From Stegostoma tigrinum (Eukaryota), in assembly GCF_030684315.1 (NCBI RefSeq), contig NC_081397.1, positions 11,308,421 to 11,372,420 on the forward strand: DNA of 64,000 bases, in the 5' to 3' direction. The notes under the pieces are model-generated. The model had not been told where the DNA came from, ran no database searches, and saw only the letters and a program-made list of their open reading frames with translations. Numbering within the stretch: position 1 is the first letter of the stretch; each line of letters begins with the position of its first letter. The position numbers and the translations under genes were made by a program. Positions 51,852-64,000 of this stretch are shown here, one piece after another.

Positions 51852-52819
51852 GTCGGCAACTCTGCGCTGAATCTCTCTCTGTCAGACTGAACTGGGTCAG
51901 CAATGAAGCTGCTGGTGGCGGCACTGAGCAACTTAAAGGCAGCGAGCGGACGGCGCGGAGACAACCTGCCCTCAGCTCCCTGCTCCTGCTGCCTGTCTGT
52001 GTTTCTCTCTCGGCAGAAACTCTCCAATTCCGCATCTCCAGAGAGCCAGGCTCGATCGTTCCTGACCCTGACACGGGAAGGTTTGCGGCCGAAAGGTTTT
52101 CACTCGAATTGACGGCTCCGTAGTCGATTTTAACGCCTTTTGCTGCTGCACTGATCGCGCTCTCTGAGCTGAGCGCTGGCATTATCATCATTTTTAGACT
52201 GAAATCTTGAAATCAACAAATATATTGCCTTGAATTCTATCTTTGAGGTTGAGTGTTGGAGCAGGGGGATGATTTGAAATGAAAATCTTTTTGATTTGCA
52301 CAAGACAGACGTGGAAATATCATGATATGAGCGGACACACAAGCACATTTCCGTGTGACTATCCCGCCCGCCCTTTTCCTACAGTCTCTCTGACTCAATA
52401 TTCACATCCATACAGTCACAGGCCAGAAATATCTCTAAATGTACCTGTGGGAGGATGTACTTTCTCCCCCTTTCAGCCTGTGCTCCGGTACCCAGGGAAT
52501 TAGTTGTAGTTTTTCTCCTCAGTAATTGTGAAACTCTCCGAGGTCTGTGCGCCGGAGATTCGTTCTGCTGCATATTCAGCTGCAAGAGCCACTCATCTGG
52601 TTTGAAGTTACATTGATCACCGAGATCAGTTTTTTTTTCATTCCAGTGACAATACTCAACATCGTTTCTGGGAATCACACTCATATAAACGTAAAGAATA
52701 GCAGCTGGGCAAATAACACCCATCAGCCCTTCAAACCTGTCCTCCCACTCACCACGAAAATGGCAGATCATCCAACTGAATGGCTTGTCTCTGTTTTTTT
52801 TTTCTCCCACAGAGTCATA

Positions 52820-53370
52820 CAGTGAGGATACAGACCGTTCAGTCCAAACAGTAGATGCCGAGTATAATACCAAATTGAATTAGTTCCATCTCCCTGTCCC
52901 TGACCTATTTCTTTTCAAAACTGTCGTGTTTATGCACTTCTCCAAAAGTCGTTTTAATGTCATTATAGCCACGTCGACCATTTCGACAGGTAGTTTATTC
53001 CACATCCTTCCGTGTTCTATGTTTAAAAAACGCCCCTCGTGTCTTTTTTTTTCAATCTCTCGCCTGTAACATTAAAGTGTCCGCCCTGGTTTTCTATTCC
53101 CTCCATCCCAAACAAAGTTCAACGACCATTAACTCTGTCTCACCCCATCAGTATTTTACAAACTGTGAGAAGATGACTTCTCAACATGCTACTCTCCAGT
53201 GAAAACAAGCCCCAGCCTATCCATTGAAAACACGGTGTGGAACTGAATGAATACAGCAGGTCAAGCAGCATGTTAGGGAAATGAAAGCTGACGTTCTGGA
53301 TCTTGACCCCTATCCATCCTTTCTATTTGACTCGAGCCTTACATACTCTGCAAATACTAGTGAACCTCTT
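52820..53370 (-). mobile_element. old CR1 3' fragment, duplicated from ~28650-29215
   Basis: Reverse complement of the CR1 tail upstream of the first H1; has its own small Penelope insert at ~53225-53310. Confidence 0.6.
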
Positions 53371-54349
53371 CTCAAATTTCAAAAACGGTGTTAAATAGCC
53401 CTCTAAAATGACAGTTTTGTAGACTGTAAAAAGACCACCATCCATACTCACGAATATATCCATTTAAAAGGGCTTGGGCAGTTGATGTGGAGGAACACCA
53501 CCTTGATACTAGGCACGTTCCCCTCTAATCACGCACAATCCTAACTTGGAAATACGTCCCCTTGCCTTCACTGTCTCTGAATCAAGACCCTGGAACTACC
53601 TGCGAACTGCAATGTGGGCAGCACATGGACCAGAACTATTTTAGAAGGTGGCTCAGCACCAACTTCTCAATTGGGGCAACTAGGGACGCGCAATAAATGC
53701 TGGACCAAGCCAGAGACGTCCTCTTCCCAGGAATGCGCAAACAAGAAAAAACAGGTGGGTCATTCGTTGCGGGAACCCATTCATCACAAGTTTTCTGCCT
53801 GCAGCATACTGAGAATAAAATCAGTCATCAATTCCAAACTGGTATTTGCATCGGGCCCAGGGATATTATTACACTCCTGTGGTCCGGGTGTGGCTTTAGC
53901 ACGGCCCACCTGACCCAGAAATAGGGAAACTACCTCTGCGCTGCAAGACACCCCACAGCAGTTACATTCTGCCTTCGTAATAATGTCGCATTTATTCCAT
54001 CGCTCTGTGTTACCTTGACAGAGTCAATATAGGACGAAGGCCAGCAGAATTAAATATCACAGTTAACATGAGATCAGACGTGATTTTATTGAATAGTAGA
54101 GAATATTAAATGGGCCGAACGGCTGCCAGCTTCTCCGCTTCCCCACCAGATTGTGAGAAAGCCGGTGGGAAGCAGATATTAACATGACCCGGGAATGAGC
54201 TCCATTGGAGCTTCACAAAGGGCCAATGCCCCAGTTTGAAACATTTTATGCCATTTCCCCCACAGCCTCCATTCGCTTTGCTTAAACTGGGAGGAAAGGG
54301 AATTGGGGAAGTAACCAATTGATGTTTGTTTCTGGGACTCAGCGGGGAA

Positions 54350-54825
54350 AGCAGCGCATGCGTGATCCTTGCCATCCCCACCCCGAAAAAGCTGCTTGTT
54401 GCTGACCAGAGGAGCGCATGCGTGAAGCTTTTCGTTGAGCCGCCATTGACTCAGTGAGTGGAAGAGGTTTGTTTGAAACAGGCCGCAATGGAGAGACCAG
54501 CGCCCAGGGAAGCGAAGGAACAGCAGGCTCCTTCCAGCAGCGCATCGAGATGTGAGTCTGGGGCACAGAGGGGGCTCCGAGACCGGCATCGATCCGGGCT
54601 CAGTTCAGGGAGAACCGGGGGCTGTTGGTAAGAGGCGGAGCGGAGCAGGAACTGGTCTCGGAACTTGGAGTGAGCGGCCTGGGGGGCGGGGAGAGAGAGG
54701 CCTTTCTCAGGCTGTGTGTGGGCCTGCTGAGGGAGACACAGCGGCAAGAAGCTGCTGCTGGGGGTCAGGCTTGTAGCTTTTAGTCTTCTAAACACTGATG
54801 GAAATTCATTGTTTGGCTGCTGTTT
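54350..54825 (+). promoter_or_regulatory. CpG-rich promoter/exon 1 of the repeated module (copy E)
   Basis: GCGCATGCGT at 54354-54363 and 54414-54423, CCGCCATTGACTCA near 54440, donor GTGAGT at 54552-54557. Confidence 0.55.
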
Positions 54826-55254
54826 CACGCTGTTAGTTGCGAGTTTGCATTGAACCGTGAATAAAACAAAGCAGTGTGTGCAAACGGGCTCATCCCGCGA
54901 AGGAGAAATATAGCAGTCACCGGATTAAGAGTTTCCAGCAAAATATTTGAAATCGTGCCTGTTGTGCTTCCCTTCAATAGTTCGTGTGTTGGGAGCTGGA
55001 TATTGAACCGTGTAAGCATTCCATTCGTGGATCTGGTTAGTTTTTGTGTCTTCGTAAATTGTTTTAGAATTTCGCTAAAAGATAGAGGAGGAACCCGGGT
55101 TAGTTGTGTAACCGGACCCTTTTCTGTTCGACTCGTTGGCTTTAAAACAAGGAATTATCATGAGTATTCACGAAATTTTCTATTGATGAGTTTTGATATT
55201 TTGAAACTCGGTGGATGTCGATTTACGGGAGAATTCTCTTTTGCCTTTCTCCAG

Positions 55255-55335
55255 GCAATTATCTGATGTGTCAAGACAATGTCACATTTCCGTGGTGCAA
55301 CACCAAGTGTGACTAGCTGCTCCTACTAACAGCAG
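55255..55335 (+). other. putative exon 2 (copy E), 81 nt
   Basis: TTCTCTTTTGCCTTTCTCCAG | 81 nt | GTATGT. Confidence 0.55.
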
Positions 55336-55649
55336 GTATGTTCCCACTGTCAGAGCGGAGACTGTCCTTTCCACAGTCGCGGTTTAAGTAACTCGCATTG
55401 AACGCAATTTCCAGAAAGAAACAATTAAACCAGCGATCAAATGCCACCAAATAAATACAAATGTAACCTTTTTTTTCCTCTTTTCAATATAACCTAACCC
55501 AGTTCCAGTAAAGGTCATTTTTGACAGCCCATTGTCATTCACAGCATTTGAAGAGAATAGATTGAATTTATGTCACAAATATACTCTCAATAACTACATT
55601 GAATTCACATTAAGTGAGGGTATTTTTATAGTTATAATCCAGGTATACA

Positions 55650-55845
55650 ACCTGATCACAAAGTTTAGAGCTGGATGAACACAACAGGCCAAGCAGCATC
55701 ATAGGAGCAGGAAAGCTGATGTTTCTGATGAAAAGTTTTTCGGCCCAAAATGTCAGCTTTCCTGCCCCTGAGATGCTGCTTGGCCTGCTGTCTTCATCCA
55801 GCTCCACACCTTGTTATCTCGGATTCTCCAGCATCTGCAGTTCCA
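55650..55845. mobile_element. Penelope-derived fold-back mini-element
   Basis: GCTGGATGAACACAACAGGCCAAGCAGCATC ... GATGCTGCTTGGCCTGCTGTCTTCATCCAGC inverted arms. Confidence 0.7.
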
Positions 55846-56999
55846 TTTAAGTCTGATACAAACAGATCAAGTTGTTACAATGACCATATATGGAGTAGGT
55901 ATTGAGTACAAATATAGATGGAAACTTTTGATGTTTATCAGTGACTGAGGACAGAAATAGTAGACAAAAACAGAATTTTCTGGAAAAGCTCAGCAGGCCT
56001 GGCAGCATGCGTGAAGAGAAATCAGAATTAATGTTTCGGATCCAGTGACCTTTGTGCAGAACTGAGGAAGTGTTTGAAAAGTTAACCATGATTTCTCTTC
56101 ACGTGCTGCCAGACCTGCTTTGCGTTTCCATCAAATTCCATGTTTGTTTCTGACTTGCAGCACCTGAAGTTTTTTGAGTTTTTATTTAGGACTAAAATTA
56201 TCTTTTGATGAATGATGTCCCATACAAAGACACAAATTAAATAATGTGAAATGCAAATGCACTTTCTCTGCCAAAGCCTGACAAGTAGAGAATGCAGCGT
56301 GGTCTGTCAGATACAGAATAAAATTCTCCAAATAAATAAATGAAAAAAAAACTCGATATCCCAGCACACAAAGTGAAACTAAGTATCTCAGTAAAATTGG
56401 AAACAGCCTACACTGACTCAGGGCCAGCTTTTTTAAAAGAAAAATAAGCTTGTCTGTCCATTTCTACATGATATCTTTGCACTGACGCACTATTCAACAC
56501 TTGGATTCATGAAAATGCCTCAGAAATACAGACCAAGTACATGTCAGAAGCAGGCCATTCAGCCCATTGTGCTTGCTCTAGAACATTTGTACTCTTCAAC
56601 TGTTTCCACAAATTGTTGGGAATATGATCTGCTCTCCACCTCCTTACCCCCTCAGACTGACAGAAAGCTCATAAACTGCAAATGGAAATGGGGTTAAGGC
56701 TCACTCTCTATGCCCTCATAACTATTCTCTCAGATTGAAGCACAGTCACAGAATATCACTGGTGGCCAGAGAATAAAACTATTTTGATGCACAAGAGTAG
56801 AAATTGATTATTTTGGATTGAGAACTTCACTCTCTCAGTCACACAGCAAAAACTGGTATTTGCAACAATGACTAAACTCACAAATGGACATAACAGAAAC
56901 GGAAAGGCATACATTAATAGTTGCTCTTGTTCACGTTGTAGTAACTGACAAGAAGAGAATGATAATAACTCACACATTCTCATTGTTCAAAACAGGAGA

Positions 57000-57730
57000 G
57001 GGGTTTGACAGTTAACGGGAGGGCCATGGGAAGTGTTCCCCAACAAAGACACCAAGGTGTTTGTGTGCGTAGTTCATTGAAAGTGGAGTCGCAAGTAGAT
57101 AAGGTGGTGAAGCAAGTGTTTGCCTTCATTGGTCAGTGCATTGAGAATAGGAGTTGAGATGTCATGTTGTGGCTGTACAAGAAATGTTTTGGGTCCACTT
57201 TTACTGCTTAAAGTTCTGGCCAACCTGCTGTCGGAAGGAAGTTGTTGAACTGGAGAGGGCGCAGCAAATATTTACAGAGATGTTAGCTGGACTAGATGGT
57301 GTGAACTGTTTGGAGAGGGTGAACAGGCTCGGGCTTTCTCCCCTGTAGCGTCAGAGACCGAGGGGTGACCTTGTAGAGGTTTATAAAGTCATGAGGGGCA
57401 TGGATAGGGTGAATATCCATGGTCTCTTTTTCTCGGGTGGAGGAGCCCAAACCTTAAGGGCATAGGTTTACAGTGAGAGGGTCAATGTTAAAAGAGACCT
57501 GAGGGAGATTTCTTTTGTGCAGAGTGTGGGGCATGTCTGGAACAAGCTGACAGAGGTACGCCTTGTGGTGGGTACAATGATAAGTTTTAAACACCATTGG
57601 ACGGGTAGATGAACAGGTCGACATGAGAGGGACATGTGCAAAATGCTGGCAAATGGGACGAGGTCAGATTGGGATGTTAATCTATTACAGACCAGTTGGA
57701 TGAAAGGGTCTGTTCCCGTTCTGTTTCACT
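57000..57730 (+). mobile_element. old CR1 3' fragment
   Basis: ELERAQQIFTEML..RLGL remnants and a CR1 tail. Confidence 0.65.
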
Positions 57731-60613
57731 CATGGACGCTGTGACGCTCGAGCTGCTTCTGTACATAAATACAGATACTGCAAGGACAGGTCAGAGTCTG
57801 GGTATCCTGCAGCGAGTGTCTGGTCTCCTGCTTCCCCAAATCCTGCCCAACATCTAATGTGATCAAGTCAGGAATGTGATGGTTTAGCCCCACTTACCCG
57901 GATGAGTCCAGCTCCACAAACACACCAGAAGCAAGATACCATCCAGGAGAGAAACACTTGATTGGCTCCACATCCGCAAACGTCCATTCCCTCAGACACC
58001 AATGCTCAAGCAGCAATGTGTACCTTCCAGAAGATGCACAACTGGAATTCACCAATGCCCCATAGGCAGTGCCTTCCAAGCCCACGACCACTTCCATCTA
58101 GATACCACTGTGACACAGGGTGCCATCCAATACTTGCGTGTTGCTTCAGTGAGAATGTCCCATTTCTTTCATTTCTCTGTATGTTCTTTCAACATTGAAT
58201 GAATACTTTTGAGATAAAGGTCAAGGTGAATGACTACTACAGTTAACGGCTCACTTGGATCAGATATTGTCATTGTACAGTGGAGCAAATTGAATGGGCA
58301 AATTTTCAATCCACTTCTTAGATTCCCTGCAGGTGTGAAACTCCAGACCGAGGACAAAGACTCGGGGCAGGCAGAATTCAGGCCCGTGGCAGTATTTCAT
58401 CAACCAGTCACCAGATCATGCGGGGAGAGGGCCACAGCCACCCCTCTTGAAGATGCAGTTACATCATTAATTTTTAGCTCAGATTGGAAAGAGATTGAAG
58501 ACACTCTGATTCTCACAGTGGAATACAATATTATACATTTTGTTGCAGTGATTCAATGCAACGGGATCACTGTGCCTTTCCCCTTATTCTATACAACAAA
58601 TCCTTTGAAACTCCTAACTGAAGATGGGCCCTCTATTAGCCAGGCCAAGAGTCGCCACAATCTGATAATGTTGAACAGACAATGTAATCACCAGGCCATG
58701 GGATCTTTCCATGCATCTATTAATTCGCTTTTCAAAGTTACTGGCTGTACACCTTCAGTCATGCCCCAGAATCGCTTACCTATCAGGCTAGCTTGAATTC
58801 TGCTGTCAATTGTATTAATTTTGTGTCTCTATTAAATTCTGTTACTCCTCTTATTTTCCCACTGTCTAAATTATAATAAAACAGACAGGTCACTCCTCCT
58901 AGGAGGCCAGGCAGCATCAGAGTATCAGGAAAGTTGATGCTTCTGAAGAAGAGTCCTGACCCACAACTTAAACTTTCCTGCACCTCTGATGCTGCCTGGC
59001 CTGCTGTGTTCCTCCAGCTCCACATTGTCTTATCTCCAACTGCAGCATTGGCAGGGCTTACTATTGCTGAGTTGATTCTTACGACTTGCTATGAGATTCA
59101 TGATATTAATTATATTATAAAGTGAGTTTTATTTAAAGCATTTTGCTTACCCTACTCTTAGCTCTGTTGGAGCTAATGAATTGTGAGCCATTTGCTTCTT
59201 ATAGGATGCACCAGGCCTTCCTTTAGTGACATAGGAAACCTTCTGGAGACTAATTAACTTTCATACCCATATCTGAATCTTCTCCCCTAATGCTTATATA
59301 TAGATTTAGAATTACATTGAAATCCATCTGAAGGATCTTTAACTGGAACCAATTTCTTAATAGCGTGAATGTTGCTGCAAGATGGAGTTATCTGTTTTTT
59401 TCATGTTGAGCTCGGCCAGCTGTCTTTGGGATGATTGACACCCCTCGTCCTAACTAACTATATTCATCTAATGGGACAACATCCTTTCATTAAAGGGACT
59501 GAAATCAATTGCTTATCAATTTTAATGAACTTGTTTGATTCTGTAGATTTTTTTTATGAGCCATAATCCCATTAGTTCAACTGCTTGTTTATTGCAGAAC
59601 TTACTGTCCCCTTCAATCTTTGTTGCCAACCTTCAAACTGTCTCCAACAAATCTTGCAGCTGTTGTTTGTGCAATGCTCCCTTTTGCCTCGGAATAACCT
59701 CTTCTCAAAAGTACCATTGTGTCTTTGTTAAATGCTGGAGCAGGCTTTTTTCATTCTGTTTAACCACGTGTCAGTCATATGCAGCAGGGCTAGAGGAACA
59801 GCTTAGCTGCCAGCCATTCGGTGTCTCTTAGACTTGGGCAGCCCGAACATTGCTCATTCAGTTCTGAGAGAGCTGGAGGCAGGGAGTTATTAACATGACC
59901 TGGGAAAGAGCTCTATTATTGCTCCATAAAGGGCCGATGCCTCAGCTTGAAGCATTCTCTGCCCTTTTCCCCACATCCGCAGTTGCTTTCTTCACAGTGG
60001 GAGAGAAGGGAATTAGGGAATGACCCATTGATGTTTGTTGTTGGGAATTAGTGGGAAAAGCAGTCCATGCCATTGGTGGCCCTGCCCCAAATGCTGCTTG
60101 TTTGGCTACTGTTTCACACTGTTTATTGTCATTGTGCAAAAAAATAGTGTAAACACAGACAAGATGGTGGAAATATAAGAATCCTGTAAAGGACGCAGAT
60201 TGGAGTCAACAGATTATATGTCTCGAGTAAAAACATTTGAAATAGTGTCTGTTGTGCTTCTTTACAACAGTTCGTGTGTTGGGATCTGGTAACACAAACT
60301 GTCAATATTACAGCATCCTCAGGTAGCACCTTTAGATGCAGCTGTGCAATTGTTCAGTTTCTGGACCTCGCTGAGTTAGACCTGTGTTTGAATTGATGGC
60401 TTCAAAAAAAAGGCAGAAGTCTCACGATTTGTGTGATAGTCCAATAGGCTTATTTTAAAATCTCAAGCTTTTGGAGCTCTGCTGCATTGTCAGGTGAAGT
60501 TGAAGAAAAGAAACATCCTAATAATTATCAACTGAATGTACATTAATCTGTTTGAGATTGTCAAACCTGGCTGATGCTGATTTACAGAATGTTTCTCTTC
60601 TGTTTTCATCCAG

Positions 60614-60695
60614 GCAAATACATGAAGGACCAAGACAATGTATCATTTCCTTGGTGCAAAGCCAAGTGTGAGCAGCTGCTTCTCACAAACAGCAG
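60614..60695 (+). other. 82-nt exon homolog (copy F), donor mutated to TT
   Basis: TTCTCTTCTGTTTTCATCCAG | 82 nt | TTATGT. Confidence 0.45.
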
Positions 60696-62149
60696 TTATG
60701 TTACAGCTGTCAGAATGGATCATTTCCACAGACAAAGAGCAGTTTGAGTCAGAGACACGTTGAACTTAATTTCCAGAGAAATGCATTCAAGCCAACAGTC
60801 AAATACAAGCAACAAAATACAAGTAGTTTGTTTTCTCTCTTCCCAATGCACACCTCCTCGGTTGCTATAATTTTCTTCATTCATAGCCTACTGACATTTA
60901 CAACATTTTTGAGAAGTCACAGACTGAATCTTCATCTGATACGGACACCGAGGAACTGCAGTAAATCTGCATTTAGTAAGCATGTTTTTCAAGTTACTGT
61001 CAAGGTGAAGAAATAGTTCATGCAGTTACACAGTTACTTTGCACAGTGTGAGTACAGATATGGAAAAAAACATTCACATTATCAGTAACTGAGCAGGACT
61101 GTGTCTATGTTTTGACAAATTGATGTCCCAGGCATAGAGAGAAGAATTAAATAATGTGACTTCCAAATGTGTGACATAAAATGGTTACTGAGAGCACATA
61201 ACATAAACTGCACATATACACACACACACACACACACTTACAATGTATTCCAAATACATAGATGCACTGTTCCAACACACATTCCTCCACATCTAATAGC
61301 CATGAGGACTATGTACACTTCAAGCCTCAGCACATGTAACACTAAAAATGATTTCTACTCAGATTTCACGTCAGAGAGCTAGCCTTCTATGAAAGAGACA
61401 AACAGAACAAAAAGTGAGCTCAGTTCTCCAATCTCCATGCACTCCCTGTAGGATTGAAATATATGGTAATGGCCATGGTCATAAATTAAGTATCAATTGT
61501 TTGTGACATCATCAAAAAAAATTGTGTGAATTTTTTGACATTCTGAATTCCCATGAAGTAGTCCAAGTAGTAGATTGAACAAGAGATTCATTGTACCTCC
61601 AAATATCTCACCGTGTCTTAGACTGAGAGAGGTAACTGAAGTTATTTTTTCCTTTTGTACAAACTGGAGGAATTGCATATCAGGACAAGTGTCAGATTGA
61701 AACCTATATTGCCATTGAATTTGTTTGCCCCACAAACTGAATAGCAGAACCCACTGCCGAATATAAAGTTTTAAATCTACCTGAAGGAAATTAAATATTG
61801 ACCTGAAAACAGATAGAAAATAACATATGTTCAAGCAGATACCAAGTTTTTTTGACTTACAATTAAGAATGATTCGTACAGTGAACTTGCAACAAAAATG
61901 TGCACATTAAACTCAACACATTCAAACCAGAGACTGACCAATATTAGAATAAAACTTTAACTGTACCATAGAATGAATATTGTGGAACATACTCAAACTT
62001 CAGCCGCACTGCTAGTTAGCGAATGGTATAAACACTGACGGTTTCACTTACAGCACCTTACATAGCTGCAGATAAAATCTTATTCATGTTAATGAGCAGA
62101 CATTTGAACATCAAAGAAAACCTGCAGATGTTGAAAGAGCAATATTCAG

Positions 62150-62345
62150 CCGAAACTGACAGTCACAGATCGATAAACTCACTTGCACATTCACACAGCA
62201 GAAACTCGACAGGGAGAGAATGATAAATGCATTTACAAATCAGATAGTGACAGGTATAGCTTAATAATTAGTTTCTCAGATTTACAGGGCAGGATCTGAC
62301 TGGCAGACATGAGAAAATACTCTCACAGCCATAGAGAAGAAAGTG
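62150..62345 (-). repeat. ~47-49 bp tandem repeat array, reverse orientation
   Basis: AAACTGACAG..GATAA..CACATTCACACAGCAGAAAC units. Confidence 0.7.
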
Positions 62346-62359
62346 ACAATCACATATCA

Positions 62360-63415
62360 TTGAGGCAGAGAGTAGTCGTAGAATGGAGTTTCTCAAATTG
62401 GAGACCTGTGACCGGTGGTGTTCCACAGGGATCTGTGCTGGGACCACTGTTGTTTGTGATATACGTAAATGATCTGGAGGAAGGTGTAGGTGGTCTATTC
62501 AGCAAGTTTGCAGATGACATTAAGATTGGTGGAGTAGCAGATAGCAAAGGGGACTGTCAGAGATGACAGCAGAATATAAATAGACTGGAGAGTTGGGCAG
62601 ATGGAGTTCAATCCGTGCAAATGCGAGGTGATGCATTTTGGAAGATCTAATTCAAGGGCGTACGATACAGTAAATGGAAGAGTCCTAGGGAAAATTGATG
62701 AACAGAGAGATCTGGGTGTTCAGGTCCTTTGTTCCCTGAAGGTGGCAACGCAGGTCAATAGCGTGGTCAAGAAGGCATATGGCATGCTTTCCTTCATCGG
62801 ACAGGGTATTGAGTACAAGAGTTGGCAGGTCATGTTACAGTTGTATAAGTCTTTAGTTCGGCCACATTTAGAATATTGTGTACAGTTCTGGTCGCCACAT
62901 CACCAACAGAATGTGGACTGTTTGGAGAGGGTGCAGGGGAGGTTTACCAGGATGTTGCCTGGTATGGAGGGTGCTGGCTATGAAGAGAGGTTGAGTAGAT
63001 TAGGATTATTTTCATTAGAAAGATGGAGAGTGTGGTTCGGGATCTGATTGAGGTCTACAAAATCATGAGGGAAAGAGACAGGGTGGATAGCAAGAAGCTT
63101 TTTCCCAGCGTGGGGGACTCAATTACTATGGGTCCTGAGTTCAAAGTGAGAGGATGAAAGGTTAAGGGAGATATGTGTGGAAAGTTCTTTATACAGAGGG
63201 TGACGGGTGCCTCGAATGCGTTGCCAGTGGAGGTAGCAGATGCAGGCACATTAGCATTTTTTAAGATATATTTGGACAGGTATCTGGATGGGCAGGGAGC
63301 AAAGGGACACAGACCCTTAGAAAATAGATGACAGGTTAGACAGAGGATCTCGATCGGCACAGGCTTGGAGGGCGGAAGGGTATTTTCCTGTGCTGTAATT
63401 TTCTTCTCTTTATTC
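62360..63415 (+). mobile_element. CR1 LINE 3' part
   Basis: [26 protein letters not shown] and HLEYCVQFWSP motifs with 3' tail; same subfamily as 22600-23410. Confidence 0.9.
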
Positions 63416-63419
63416 TTTG

Positions 63420-64000
63420 TATATCGATAACTACACTCTTGTCTTCACGTATCAGAAAACGACAGGGACAATGACAATTATGCACACATTCAGAATGCAA
63501 AATAACTGACAGGTACAGATTGATAAATATATGCACACATTATAAAAATGTAGAGATTGTGATCTATATTTGCACATTCACAGAAATTTGACATTTTTGC
63601 ACTCCCACATTCATGACGCAGGAATGGATGGGTATTGATTGACAACTAAACTCACATATGACACAGCAGAAACTGAGAGGGACAGTTTGATAATTACAAT
63701 CACATCTTCACGAGCAGCTACTGACAAATACAGATCAATAACTACACCCAGTTCTTCACAAAACCAAAGTTAACAGGTACAGATTAATAACTAAATTCCT
63801 GTCTTGATGATACAGAAACTGCTAGGTACAGGTTTATAAAAATGCTCACACATTCCCCAAGCAGAAACTGACAGGAATATATTGAAAACAAAACCTCAGT
63901 TTCTGCTCCATGAATGTATCAGGGATAGACTGACAATTACACAAACACATTTGAATATTCTGATTTCAGATACTGACAGGGACAGATTTACAACTTCATT
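63420..64000 (-). repeat. ~47-49 bp tandem repeat array, reverse orientation, runs off the window
   Basis: AACTGACAGGTACAGATTGATAA units. Confidence 0.8.

Noticed and set aside
61215-61238. (CA)n microsatellite
   Set aside because: Short and ordinary.

Overview
Eukaryotic genomic DNA, most likely a cartilaginous fish (shark). This is inferred from shark-type histone H1 and the CR1/Penelope/HE1-like repeat landscape. The window holds part of a dispersed replication-dependent histone cluster: H1 (+, 30156-30779), H3.2 (+, 32080-32490), H2A (-, 38033-38425) and a second H1 (-, 51228-51851). Each has a 3' stem-loop and a downstream purine-rich element; no H2B or H4 is present. The rest is mostly decayed retroelements (Tx1, CR1, Rex1/Babar, several Penelope families, SINEs) and long arrays of a degenerate 47-49 bp tandem repeat. 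Three structures are not explained by these annotations. (1) A six-copy, apparently spliced module: paired NRF1-type sites, a CpG-rich exon 1 and an 82-nt exon 2, lying head-to-head with both H1 genes. (2) Large inverted segmental duplications on either side of the histone genes. (3) About 200 bp Penelope-derived fold-back elements with 11-14 bp target-site duplications and minimal hammerhead-ribozyme cores. Repeat boundaries and identities were judged by eye and are approximate.
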